A stretch of 64,000 nucleotides of DNA from contig OZ240211.1 in the NCBI GenBank assembly GCA_965197525.1, positions 1,504,001 through 1,568,000 of the forward strand, in the 5' to 3' direction. The notes beneath the pieces are model-generated. The model did not search any database. It was not told the origin of the DNA and worked only from the letters and a program-made list of their open reading frames with translations. The position numbers and the translations under genes were made by a program. Below, piece by piece: positions 42,604-52,915 of the stretch (positions are counted from its first letter, which is position 1; the number at the start of each line of letters is the position of its first letter). This DNA is from Nitrosopumilus sp. (GTDB lineage Archaea; Thermoproteota; Nitrososphaeria; Nitrososphaerales; Nitrosopumilaceae).

Positions 42604-42884
42604 TGGCAAGTATAAAGTTCATAATTCCATCTGTACTAAATCAAGGAAATGGGGAAAAATCACTAGATCTTGAGGCTGATTCAATAACTGATGTGTTCCT
42701 TAAAATTTCTGAGCAGTTAGGAGACGACTTTAAGAGGAGAGTGCTAGAAGGTGATGGAACCACTCCACGTTCACTGATTAATATCTATATCAATGGAAAG
42801 AACGCAAAATTCTCTGACGGTATAAACACTGTTCTTAATTCAGGTGATGAAGTTTACATTCTACCTGCCGTTGCTGGCGGGTAG
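42603..42884 (+). CDS. MoaD/ThiS/SAMP-type ubiquitin-like protein ending in GG
   Basis: INIYING...LNSGDEVYILPAVAGG*. Confidence 0.9.
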   Translation: MASIKFIIPSVLNQGNGEKSLDLEADSITDVFLKISEQLGDDFKRRVLEGDGTTPRSLINIYINGKNAKFSDGINTVLNSGDEVYILPAVAGG

Positions 42885-43080
42885 CAATACTGATAATAGA
42901 TCTGAAGAATTTGAGACATTGCGTATTGTTGAGATATGTAATTGAGTTGATAAACTTGCATCCATATGCTATGTTTGACGTAGCTGATACAGGTAAGATA
43001 GAAACTGGTGCAGCTGCCAAAAAACTTGCAGATTAAATTCTGATTGTCTTATTGAGATATTGATAGTTTCTGTTAATGAT
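42885..43080 (+). pseudogene. ThiF/MoeB (E1-like) remnant, 5' part
   Basis: Broken frames give TLRIV..IELINLH..MFD..DTGK...AAAKKL..LNSDCLIE...SVND, matching the E1 nucleotide-binding region (consensus DxVExSNLxRQ...DVGxxK..AAxxL..LNP). Confidence 0.8.
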
Positions 43081-43181
43081 TAGAGTTTATGATTAATCGA
43101 CCAGAAAAACAGGATCAGAAAAATTTGCCAAATTTTCTATTAAACTAAACTCGTGCCGTTAAATTTACCTCTTGCAAGTAT

Positions 43182-44408
43182 ATGGTAATGGACAAACAAG
43201 TTCTAACTAAACTAGAGGCCAAGATGGCAAAGTTAGAGAAAGAGAATTTGAGACTGAAGACAAAACAGATCAAAGAGAACAAGAAAAAAGAGAAAGAGAT
43301 CTCGAGACTGAAGACACGGCTAGCAAAGGAGGACTCATTATGGAATACGGAGCTTGGACAGATGAGGCATTCATCCGTGCTGCCTACAAGATTGCTTCAC
43401 GCACAAGAAATGTTAGAGTATGTGCTCTCAGATGAGAAGATGATAAACGCACTTACAAGAAACACAAAGGAGATATTTTATGACACGCTTGAGGATCTAA
43501 CCCGAATAATCAAAAAATCAAACGACGCCCCGCACTTTCGGGACGACCATAATAGAAAAGAAGAGTCCGGAAACCAGTGCAAGTTGTATATCCGGCACTT
43601 TCTGCTCATGACCCAGGTAAGAAAGGCACATAACATGGGGCAGGAGTCACTTGGTGCATTCTTTGGTATAGATCAGAGCACGGTATCAAACTATCTCAAG
43701 CTTGCAGACAAGTACGATGATGAGCTATATGTAGTGACACCGGACAACCTTACAAAGTACATTGCCACGATAAAATCTGAAGAAGAGTTCAAAGAGATTG
43801 TACCGGGCAGGGACGGTGGTGAGATTACCATAGACGGCTCACTTGTAGAGACCACGCGTCCTGAAGACGAAGACGAGCAAAAGAGACAGTACTCTGGCAA
43901 GGGCAAAATGTTTGCAATAAACACGGCCATGATGATAAACAGGCAAAATTACATCATTGGAATAAGTGATTCCAGGGAGGGAAGCTGCCATGACCTGACT
44001 GTATTGACCCAAGGGTTGCCAGACTTTGGCAAATGGACAGATCGCATGATAAATGGAAAGCGCATACCATCTGACCACCGCATACGCCTGAATCTGGACG
44101 GGGGATACATGGGAATACAGGACTATCTTCTTGGGGTAACAGCAAAGGTACCACACAAAAAACCCAAGGGAGGAAAGCTTACTGCCACCAAAAAAGCACA
44201 AAACAAGGCACACTCCAAAAGACGTGTTCCTGTAGAGAACGTCTTTGCACATGTGAAAAACTGGAAACGCATGTCCGGGCGATACGACGGTACTGCTGAA
44301 GAGTTCAACGTAGAATTCAACGGCATATGTGGAATGTACAACAAGCGAAAGATGTGGCAGGATGATACCTATCAATACTGGAAGGATAAGATAAAGAGCA
44401 GGATATAG
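43182..44408 (+). CDS. DDE transposase (HTH_Tnp_4 + DDE_Tnp_4 type)
   Basis: HTH LGAFFGIDQSTVS, TIDGS, YSGK, HDL, LDGGYMG, PHKKPKGGKLT, NKAHSKRRVPVENVFA. Confidence 0.93.
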   Translation: MVMDKQVLTKLEAKMAKLEKENLRLKTKQIKENKKKEKEISRLKTRLAKEDSLWNTELGQMRHSSVLPTRLLHAQEMLEYVLSDEKMINALTRNTKEIFYDTLEDLTRIIKKSNDAPHFRDDHNRKEESGNQCKLYIRHFLLMTQVRKAHNMGQESLGAFFGIDQSTVSNYLKLADKYDDELYVVTPDNLTKYIATIKSEEEFKEIVPGRDGGEITIDGSLVETTRPEDEDEQKRQYSGKGKMFAINTAMMINRQNYIIGISDSREGSCHDLTVLTQGLPDFGKWTDRMINGKRIPSDHRIRLNLDGGYMGIQDYLLGVTAKVPHKKPKGGKLTATKKAQNKAHSKRRVPVENVFAHVKNWKRMSGRYDGTAEEFNVEFNGICGMYNKRKMWQDDTYQYWKDKIKSRI

Positions 44409-44488
44409 CGTCTGTTCATTTTATAATGCTGCCGAGCCGGTACACATGAAGATTCCAAATGCACATGATTGCGCATGATTTTTTGATT

Positions 44489-44519
44489 TTACCCGTGTTG
44501 GGCCTTACCCGTGTTGGGC
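44489..44519. repeat. Tandem 15 bp duplication inside the IS right end
   Basis: TTACCCGTGTTGGGC-C-TTACCCGTGTTGGGC; also GCACATGATT/GCGCATGATT at 44461-44480. Confidence 0.85.
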
Positions 44520-44590
44520 TTTAACCTCCCCATATGTAATGCCAATATTTTTTCGGAAATTTTTTTCCAACCGATTAATCATAAACTCTA

Positions 44591-45240
44591 TTATTATATT
44601 TCAAATTGCTAAAGGGTATGATGTACTAGTTGACATTCTTGCTAGTGTAAATGATAGATGCACATTAAACAAAAAAGCATGTATAAAATTTAGAATTTGG
44701 TTTATAACGGGAATTATTGTATGTGTTTTAAAACAAATGTTTATGGTTTTACCGAAATCGAAAATCTGCTATTTTGTATGTTTTCTGAATTATTAGATTA
44801 GAACACAATGCCTAACCTGGTATTGGAGATGCATATCCCTCCACATCTCTATGGTTGAAACATTCAAGTTGCAAAACCAGTTTCAACTATTATCAGAAAA
44901 AATCTGGTCTATCAGAAACGATTCTGTGTATTAATCAAAAAAATCCTGATTTTAACAATATCCACGTATTTTGAATATAGAGTGTCTACTATACAAAATA
45001 GATAACTTGAATGTTATCTCAATGGATGCATTCATTATCAAAGTGTAATGTGGCAAAAGAGCCAGGAGGAACCTGCACATTCGATTGCACCTACTTGCAT
45101 ATTTGGTCTAGAAGCAAGTACTCTCCTGTCATTGGGACGCAATCTATTGGATAAAGGGATTCTAATATCACAATTTGCAGTTCCTATGAAGCACATCAGT
45201 GCTGACGCAGTGACAATATCAAATATCTAAAAATTTGAAT
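44591..45240 (+). pseudogene. ThiF/MoeB (E1-like) remnant, 3' part
   Basis: GYDVLVDILASVNDRCTLNKKAC...CYFVC and later LSETIL.I...DFN match the E1 DxxDx..R..LNxAC and CYxC motifs; several stops and frameshifts. Confidence 0.8.
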
Positions 45241-45390
45241 ACTGACATGTCTGAATCTTGTAATTCTTTTTGCTTGTCTTTAGATGTGTGCGCAAATGAA
45301 CATAAACTCTCCTAAATTGTCTTTAGCACTGTTGATTATGTCCAATTTTCCCAAAAGTAATATCTAAGAGAAGATTAACAAATAATTAAA

Positions 45391-46362
45391 ATGAAATTAC
45401 AACTATTATTTTTCATATTTACAGTATTTTTATTCACAAGTACTCCCGCACTATCCTATGCTGAGTTAGAATTATTCACAAACAGCAAAGTCTACTCTCC
45501 TGCCCATAATCTTCAAGTATATGGCAACGGGCTAGATGAAGAAAATATAATTATACGACTATTTGCACCTGACGAATCCATTGCAAAATTTGATCAGATA
45601 ACTACCAACCCTGATGGTTCTTTTAATTTTGATCTGTTAACTTGGCCTGAACCATCTGTAAATTTTCCTTATGGGACATATACCATTGAAGTAATTAGTA
45701 CTGCACAAAACGGTCTGTCTCAAAAAATCGATGTAAAGTTTTCATCAACTACGGATCTCCTTGATGTTCCAGTTGAAAGAAATATCAATACGCTAGTATT
45801 TGCACCAGAGACTGCTGCAATCAATCAACCTTTCAGGGTATTTGTTCAGACAACAAGTGATGGCCTCTTGATTGGAAATATCCCATCTGAATTGTTAGGC
45901 AGCACACACGTTCACTTGCCATCCGGCGTCTCTGTCCCTTTGGCTGTCTCTTTTGAAACTCTTCATCAGGGACTGTATTTTGTTGATTACACTCCGCAAG
46001 AGGAAGGAACCCATGTATTTCATGTAGTTGCGTTCAGTCAAGGAACTGTATCTCATGGGTCAGCAGCTACTAATGTTCTAAGCCAAGATTTAGGCGGGAT
46101 CTCAGAACAGATAATCAACCTAAACTCTATCCTAAAGAATACTTCTGATGAGCTTGGTGTTCTTAAATCTGAAATTGAAGGATTTGACAGTGCCTTGGAG
46201 CAGGCAAGTACCAAGATCGACGAAAGTACTGATAACATTGCTACATCGGTAGAATTCATTAGTGAGGCCTCCTCGCAACTCAACTCATTGCTATTTCCAA
46301 TCATTGCATCAATAGGAATCATAGTCGCACTCCAAATTGCAATCCTTGCTAGAAGAAGATAG
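45391..46362 (+). CDS. Hypothetical surface protein (signal peptide, coiled coil, C-terminal TM)
   Basis: N-terminal hydrophobic signal, heptad region, C-terminal TM followed by RRR. Confidence 0.85.
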   Translation: MKLQLLFFIFTVFLFTSTPALSYAELELFTNSKVYSPAHNLQVYGNGLDEENIIIRLFAPDESIAKFDQITTNPDGSFNFDLLTWPEPSVNFPYGTYTIEVISTAQNGLSQKIDVKFSSTTDLLDVPVERNINTLVFAPETAAINQPFRVFVQTTSDGLLIGNIPSELLGSTHVHLPSGVSVPLAVSFETLHQGLYFVDYTPQEEGTHVFHVVAFSQGTVSHGSAATNVLSQDLGGISEQIINLNSILKNTSDELGVLKSEIEGFDSALEQASTKIDESTDNIATSVEFISEASSQLNSLLFPIIASIGIIVALQIAILARRR

Positions 46363-46374
46363 TTATAATAGTGC

Positions 46375-49300
46375 ATGAGAACAAAAATAATTATGCCCAA
46401 AGTGGCGATCCTTCTTGTTATACTTCTCTCTTCAGTTACTGTAACTAGTTCGTATGCATTTCTCTCAGGCGATCTATCTCACATTGATGATAATGTTGGT
46501 ACTTTACATCATCCTTCTCTATTCTTTGATTCAGATATTGTACAAGTTGATTCTGAATTTTTCACTGAAAGTGCTTGGAAAAGATATCTTATCTTTGGGA
46601 ATAGTTTACCAGATAACAACTCTTTGGCAAATAATTCAATATACAGCATTCAATCTCAAGCCGGATTTTTTTATGTATCAGTCCTATCTGAACAGACTGC
46701 ATCTAATTTAGCATCACAAGGATATCATGTCATCGAAGATTTTCCATTGGACTTTCATCAATCAAATGATGATACTCCTGATGCTACAAACATCGGCGAT
46801 ATTACAAGCTCCAAACAATCTCTTCAGAGATATAATTCTACTGGCGACAGCGTTGTAATTGCAATTGTAGATACAGGAGTTGATTTTTCAAATCCTGACA
46901 TCCGACACTCGCTTGCACGTGATGATCTCAACCATCCTATAATGCTTGATCCAGACGGTCAAGGAATAGTCTTGACTAACTCAACTTTTTTTGCATATAT
47001 TGATGAAAACGAGATTATTAGAAACTACACCCAACCTCTCCCTTCACACATGACCTCCTCTGTATATGTAACTAAAGACGGGGTATTCCTTGATCTTGTA
47101 CAAGATGGTAGTGGCAGTGATATTCCAATATACAACTCATTCTTCCCATACTTTGGCGATTCAGCTATCTTTAATGGTACAGTAACTGATGATTTTAAGA
47201 TCGGATCTAGTAATAGGGACTATATTAAATCACAGAGTGGTGTATATCGTCTTGGTATGATATACCAAGGTGAGTTAGCTGGACGATTTGCTGGAGTACA
47301 GGTAGTGCCTGTACTGTTAGTGGACTCTTTTACGCCTGGGGTTTATGATACGCTGATTCCTGATATGAGCACATCTTGGACAGATTATACAAAATCTGAT
47401 TTAGATTTATTTGAAGTACCCGACTATGACTTTGATTTTACTGATGAAAAGCCAATTGTGCTAGGAAGTGGTAACGAATTCCTTGTTTATGATTCGGATG
47501 GTGATGGAAGAGATGATTATAGTGCAGGAACTTTTGGTGCACAAGTTTTGGACGTTTATGGCGTTATTAGACATAATTCAACTGAAATTGATGATCATTT
47601 GCAAGCCATCAATGGGACACTGCTACCTGCACTTGATCCAGATGGCGAATTCTTTGGATTGATGACTGATTTTACTGGTCATGGAACTGCAAGTACTGCA
47701 TCCATTGTTTCTCGTGGTCATGAGACTTATGATATTTATGAGAATTCAACGCAATATTCTATCACCGGTGTAGCCCCCGGAGCACAAATCATACCTGTCA
47801 AAGCATTGTGGTTTGGTGATACTGTTTATGGATGGCTGTGGGCTGCAGGCTTTGATAACGACAGTACCAACTGGACGCTTACAGACAAGCCTAGAGCTGA
47901 TATAATCTCAAATAGCTGGGGCATATCTGGTTTTCCTCTTCTTTTGTCATCCCCGGGAATGGATGTGATATCGTTAATTCTTAGTATGTTATCTACTCCC
48001 TCTTCTTTTGATGATGACTATCCTGGAGTAGTCATAGTCGCTAGTGCTGGAAATTCTGGTCATGGTTATGGAACAATTGGACTGCCTGCTAGCTCTCCTT
48101 TTGGTATCACAGTTGGCGCTACAACTAATCACGTCTTTGTTGGATATGGCCCATTTAAGGATCAGCCGCGATTCGGTAATACTACTACTCACAACAATCA
48201 CATAGTTGACTTTTCTAGTCGCGGTCCTAGCACAATCGGAGATCCCAAGCCGGATCTCGTCAGTCTTGGTGCTTTTGGATTTGTTCCAACAAATGTTTTG
48301 AGGGCTTCGGCGGATTCAGACGATGAAGCGTTTTCTTTGTATGGGGGTACTAGCATGTCAGCACCAATCGTTTCAGGCAGTGCGGCGGTATTAATTGAAG
48401 CTATGAAAAAAGAATTCATAGATTATGATCCATTTTTGATTAAAAATATCCTTACATCTACTGCTACTGATCTGGGCAACGATCCTCTGGCACAGGGATC
48501 CGGTTTGGTAAATGTAGAATCTGCCTTAAACTATGTTCACGGTGATGACGGTGTGTTTATAGTGTATAATGATGGTTCTTATGATAATCTTAAAAATGTC
48601 ATGGATCCCGCAATTGCAAGTATAAATTCCACTGCAATAGGTTTTGAGAGTTTTAATCTTCCCACACGATCATTTCCAATGACTAGCTGGTTTGCAGGAC
48701 AGCTGCATCCTGGAGATAGAACCACAACTAGTTTCACGATTGATAATCTTACAAACGATACTCTTTCTGTTGATATCAAACCACAAATTTTATCCATGAT
48801 TGCGCAAAAACAATTCAATGGAACTACAACTCCGCACCAGCAAGATTCTATACTGAATATGACTGATACGTTTATTCCTAATTACGTAAAGTTATCTGAC
48901 GTTCGTATACAAGACAAGTTGAGTGATTTTTTTAATGAAGACGATCCTATTCCTGATGATTCGTCATTAATGGTATTAAATGTAAATTTCTTATTTGATG
49001 ATTTTATGAATAGTACCGCTGATGTCTATGCTGATGATTTCAAAATTGCGTCGTTATATGTATATGATTGGATGGATAACAATAACGACACAAAAGTCAC
49101 AAGTAACGAACTATCTATGGTGAATCGAGCCGGTTCATGGGGAACCGTTCAGGAATTGAGAGTCTCTGATCCTAACGAGCAATTCAACGGCGTGCCTCTA
49201 GTGGGTATTTATCCGGTGCCTACAAGACAGTCATACTGGATAGGCGATACGTCACAAAATTCCACATCCTTTGATTATACCATCTCTGCTAGTTATTACA

Positions 49301-50394
49301 AGAAAGAACCGTGGCCTCTTGTGTGGTCTGAATCAGATACCGTCACTGTTCCTTCCCAAGATGCATCTGTAGTTGATGTAACTATTGTTACACCGCCGGA
49401 TATTTCAACTGGAATATATCAAGGATTTCTAACATTTGAAGGTATTACACATACTGTAAACGCTCCCGTGTCCTTTGTAGTCAAAGAACCCATATCTGAA
49501 AATGATTCTCTAGTTGTTTTTGATGGAGTCTCAAGTAGCGACCTACTTTATGGAAATGGGTATACCAAAGGTGCATTTGATATGGGTGGTAGATATATGG
49601 CAGGTGATTGGCGGCACTACTATTTTGATATACAAGACGAATCTATTAATTCCGCAGCTATTGAGCTTTCGTGGGATAGTGATGATACCAATCTCGCTGT
49701 GTTTGCAATAGATCCTACAGGCCAGATAATTCAGACCAATGTTCCTTCTGGCGTGTTTGGCCATTTCTCTAATTGGATATCTCTTGATTGGTTGGGCAGA
49801 TCTTTCTTTAGTGGGGGCGGAGGTTTTTATCCGGTAAAGAACAAGGATGATACATCAACGGTACTTTTTGTACCGATTAATCAAACAGGAACTTATACAC
49901 TGTTAACACATTCAACTTTGTTTGGCGGCGTATCCACTACGGAACCTATTTCATTGGCAGCTAAATTTACAAATATTTCAAGCGAGGCGGTTGCAGAATT
50001 AATTCTTAGTGATGATAATGACGACAGTAGGGACAACGTATCGAAGAATGATTCTGTTGATATGTCTGACGATGGTACTGCCGTCTTGGAACCTACTGCA
50101 GATTCCAATGATGAACGAGGAACAACTACAGGAACATCCGGTTTGGTACACGATAAAGATACTGATCCATTACAAGATAACAATAACGCATCAAATACAA
50201 TAAAAGCCAAAGAGGTTAATCCTGATGACAGTCTTGTATCGCCTGCTGCCACATCTGATCTATCTGTTGAGGCAATGATTGCAATTGGTGCAAGCATCGG
50301 TGTAGGTATAGGAGTTGGTATAGGCATAGTATTTACCGCTAGACGAAGATCTACTCCCGATAGCACAACGACGTCACAAGCAGTATCATTTTAA
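46375..50394 (+). CDS. Large membrane-anchored subtilisin-like S8 serine protease
   Basis: Catalytic triad motifs IVDTGVD, GHGT, GGTSMSAP; SAGNSG oxyanion region; C-terminal TM. Confidence 0.95.
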   Translation: MRTKIIMPKVAILLVILLSSVTVTSSYAFLSGDLSHIDDNVGTLHHPSLFFDSDIVQVDSEFFTESAWKRYLIFGNSLPDNNSLANNSIYSIQSQAGFFYVSVLSEQTASNLASQGYHVIEDFPLDFHQSNDDTPDATNIGDITSSKQSLQRYNSTGDSVVIAIVDTGVDFSNPDIRHSLARDDLNHPIMLDPDGQGIVLTNSTFFAYIDENEIIRNYTQPLPSHMTSSVYVTKDGVFLDLVQDGSGSDIPIYNSFFPYFGDSAIFNGTVTDDFKIGSSNRDYIKSQSGVYRLGMIYQGELAGRFAGVQVVPVLLVDSFTPGVYDTLIPDMSTSWTDYTKSDLDLFEVPDYDFDFTDEKPIVLGSGNEFLVYDSDGDGRDDYSAGTFGAQVLDVYGVIRHNSTEIDDHLQAINGTLLPALDPDGEFFGLMTDFTGHGTASTASIVSRGHETYDIYENSTQYSITGVAPGAQIIPVKALWFGDTVYGWLWAAGFDNDSTNWTLTDKPRADIISNSWGISGFPLLLSSPGMDVISLILSMLSTPSSFDDDYPGVVIVASAGNSGHGYGTIGLPASSPFGITVGATTNHVFVGYGPFKDQPRFGNTTTHNNHIVDFSSRGPSTIGDPKPDLVSLGAFGFVPTNVLRASADSDDEAFSLYGGTSMSAPIVSGSAAVLIEAMKKEFIDYDPFLIKNILTSTATDLGNDPLAQGSGLVNVESALNYVHGDDGVFIVYNDGSYDNLKNVMDPAIASINSTAIGFESFNLPTRSFPMTSWFAGQLHPGDRTTTSFTIDNLTNDTLSVDIKPQILSMIAQKQFNGTTTPHQQDSILNMTDTFIPNYVKLSDVRIQDKLSDFFNEDDPIPDDSSLMVLNVNFLFDDFMNSTADVYADDFKIASLYVYDWMDNNNDTKVTSNELSMVNRAGSWGTVQELRVSDPNEQFNGVPLVGIYPVPTRQSYWIGDTSQNSTSFDYTISASYYKKEPWPLVWSESDTVTVPSQDASVVDVTIVTPPDISTGIYQGFLTFEGITHTVNAPVSFVVKEPISENDSLVVFDGVSSSDLLYGNGYTKGAFDMGGRYMAGDWRHYYFDIQDESINSAAIELSWDSDDTNLAVFAIDPTGQIIQTNVPSGVFGHFSNWISLDWLGRSFFSGGGGFYPVKNKDDTSTVLFVPINQTGTYTLLTHSTLFGGVSTTEPISLAAKFTNISSEAVAELILSDDNDDSRDNVSKNDSVDMSDDGTAVLEPTADSNDERGTTTGTSGLVHDKDTDPLQDNNNASNTIKAKEVNPDDSLVSPAATSDLSVEAMIAIGASIGVGIGVGIGIVFTARRRSTPDSTTTSQAVSF

Positions 50395-50601
50395 CTACAA
50401 ATCTGACTAGTTATCATATTTTTATCTGTATGACAGAGTTGACAACAAAACTGCATCTTTTGTATAATTTTTGTAAAAATCATATTCGAATGACGTCTAT
50501 TATTAATAAATCTCAAATTTGAAACTATTCAGCCATATACTGCTCACTAGTTTGAAAATTAAAGAAGATTTATAACCAATTTGGCGATTATTTGAGCTTG
50601 A

Positions 50602-51207
50602 ATGTCAGAACTTGGAACCAAAAAATCTGGCGGATTATCCAGAAGAGATTTTTTAAAGTTGATGGGTGCTGCTGGTACAGGGTTAGCATTTGCTCCATTT
50701 GTTCCGTTTGGTAACTTTATGCCCAATCCTAACCAAGCGTCACTTGAAAAAGTACCTGTTATCTTACCTGATGGCTCTCATGCTAATATCAATACATTTC
50801 CAGTTAACTCTGCTGAAGTTATTACTTATCCTGTCACCGGTGATCCGGCATTAGATGCTGAAGCATTTCGTAAATGGCAATTCATTAGATTGCCTGAAGA
50901 GCTAGGAGGCACAAAAAACGATGTAACTGCCGTTAGAGCTTATAGCATGATCTGTCTCCATCTTTGGTGTTTGTGGAAATATTGGCCAAATGATGGACGC
51001 AAGAGAGGCGAATGTCCTTGTCATGGTACTATGTATGATCCAACTACCGGAACAGCTTTTATTGGTCCTGCATCAGTACAAGCTCCTCCGTCAGATACAT
51101 TAGCTGAATTAACCTTGGAACTTGATGCAGATGGATTCTTCTATATTCTGCCCCCCAAGTTTGGTGTAAACGACAATGGAGTAATTGGATATGGCCGTTT
51201 CGCTTGA
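50602..51207 (+). CDS. petA: Rieske iron-sulfur protein of complex III (Tat signal)
   Basis: SRRDFLK twin-arginine signal; CLHLWC and CPCHG Rieske boxes. Confidence 0.93.
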   Translation: MSELGTKKSGGLSRRDFLKLMGAAGTGLAFAPFVPFGNFMPNPNQASLEKVPVILPDGSHANINTFPVNSAEVITYPVTGDPALDAEAFRKWQFIRLPEELGGTKNDVTAVRAYSMICLHLWCLWKYWPNDGRKRGECPCHGTMYDPTTGTAFIGPASVQAPPSDTLAELTLELDADGFFYILPPKFGVNDNGVIGYGRFA

Positions 51208-52864
51208 AAGAAGAACTGGAGTAGTTGCGTTCCTTTACTGGCTCTGGGACGGAGTAGACAGAACTATATTTACTGCAATAAAATTTTCATTTCCTGCTAG
51301 ATTTGTAAGCCCATTTGGATTTTTAGGGATGCTTACATTTATCATATTCATTATTCTTGGAGTTTCTGGCGCGTTATTGATGTTTTATTACCAACCAATT
51401 CTTGACAGAGCTTGGGATAGTGTTGAGTTCATAAACGATGAGGTTCCGTTTGGGTTTCATATTAGAAACATCCACTATCATGGTTCAAACGCAATGGTGC
51501 TTTTGGCTGTTTTACACATGTATTATCAATATTTTAGCGGACGATACAAAATTCGAAACGAAGTTTTATGGATGACTGGTGTTATTCTTGGTACCGTAAC
51601 CATTCTTGAAGCATTTACCGGCTATGATGTGATATTTAGTGAGAGAGCAGAACTTGCGATTAGTATTGCAGCATCGCTTACAACCTCGATCCCAGTGGTA
51701 GGCCCGACAATTCGTGACGCGGCGCTTGGCAGTGGGTTCTCTGATTTTGTATTGCGATTTTATGCGCAGCACGTATTTCTGCTGCCGATAGTAATGCTTG
51801 GATTGATGGCAGTCCATTTCCCAAGATTTCTAGTTTTTGACGTACCAATGGTGATGGCAATCAGTGGCGCGATTCTGATTACCGGAGGCGTATTCCCAAT
51901 TGATCTTGGATTCAAATTTGAACCTGATAAACCGCCTGGTGTAACAGTCCCTGAGTGGTACCTTACAGGAATCTATGCATTTATGAGAACACAATATGAC
52001 AAGTTTGTCACGGGATTACTGTGGCCGTTGCTGTTTATCATATCATTTGTGCTGATTCCATTCATTGACCGATATAAGAAATTCTCTTGGAGAGATAGAC
52101 CAATTATTACAGCATTTGGTATTACCAGCCTTGCTCAAATTATGGTTACCACCTATTGGGGGTTCTACATCTCTCCTGACGCCAAAATTCCTCTAGTTGA
52201 GCGCTTGGTTATTGATCCTATATTCTTCTACTCTACTATGATACTGTTAGTACCATTGGGCTTTGGATTTACTTATATGATGATCAAACTAGCCAATGAG
52301 GCAGAAAGAAAATCAAAGATTGCGAAAAGTAACGGTCCACAAAAAGTAGCTACTATCAGCCTTTCTGAAAAATGGATTAATTGGTTGCTTATTGCTCTCT
52401 TAGCATTCCAAGTATTTCTAAACATTGCAGCATATAATGCAGCTTTGACAGGAATGAAGAATGTCTCATTATTCTTTGTTGGAATTATATTGCTAGTATT
52501 TGCAGCATTCTTCCATGTGTATAGATATGCACTCAGTCAACAAAAGAATGCACCTCCGCCTGCGCCTGAACCTGTAGACGATGACACGCCAAGATTATCT
52601 GAGCCTGATCCTCCATCTGTCGAATCTTCTGCCGGAGAACTTTCAGAAGGAGATAATACATCCAAAGATGCGCCAAAACCGCAAGTGTCTGGACCTAGTA
52701 GTAGCAGTAGTGGTAGCGATACCGGCGATGGTGCTGGGACTGACGATGTTCCTCTACCTAAGATTCAAGCAGACGTAGAAATTCCATCCGATGCTAATAA
52801 TAACGACATTACTAATACTAATAATAATAATAATATTGGCTCAAGTGATCTTACCAAACCATGA
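51191..52864 (+). CDS. petB: Cytochrome b/b6 of complex III with long low-complexity C-terminal tail
   Basis: IRNIHYHGSN..VLHM, FTGY, FYAQHVF, PEWY motif. Confidence 0.95.
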   Translation: MAVSLERRTGVVAFLYWLWDGVDRTIFTAIKFSFPARFVSPFGFLGMLTFIIFIILGVSGALLMFYYQPILDRAWDSVEFINDEVPFGFHIRNIHYHGSNAMVLLAVLHMYYQYFSGRYKIRNEVLWMTGVILGTVTILEAFTGYDVIFSERAELAISIAASLTTSIPVVGPTIRDAALGSGFSDFVLRFYAQHVFLLPIVMLGLMAVHFPRFLVFDVPMVMAISGAILITGGVFPIDLGFKFEPDKPPGVTVPEWYLTGIYAFMRTQYDKFVTGLLWPLLFIISFVLIPFIDRYKKFSWRDRPIITAFGITSLAQIMVTTYWGFYISPDAKIPLVERLVIDPIFFYSTMILLVPLGFGFTYMMIKLANEAERKSKIAKSNGPQKVATISLSEKWINWLLIALLAFQVFLNIAAYNAALTGMKNVSLFFVGIILLVFAAFFHVYRYALSQQKNAPPPAPEPVDDDTPRLSEPDPPSVESSAGELSEGDNTSKDAPKPQVSGPSSSSSGSDTGDGAGTDDVPLPKIQADVEIPSDANNNDITNTNNNNNIGSSDLTKP

Positions 52865-52915
52865 GTATCAAATTTCTAAACAAGCTTTATAAGAACTTGA
52901 CCGGTTGAAAAAATT

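Larger units (their letters stand above)
43081..44590 (+). mobile_element. Complete IS element (IS5/ISL2-like, DDE_Tnp_4) with 19 bp perfect terminal inverted repeats that include a probable TA target duplication
   Basis: TAGAGTTTATGATTAATCG at 43081-43099 and its reverse complement at 44572-44590. Confidence 0.92.
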
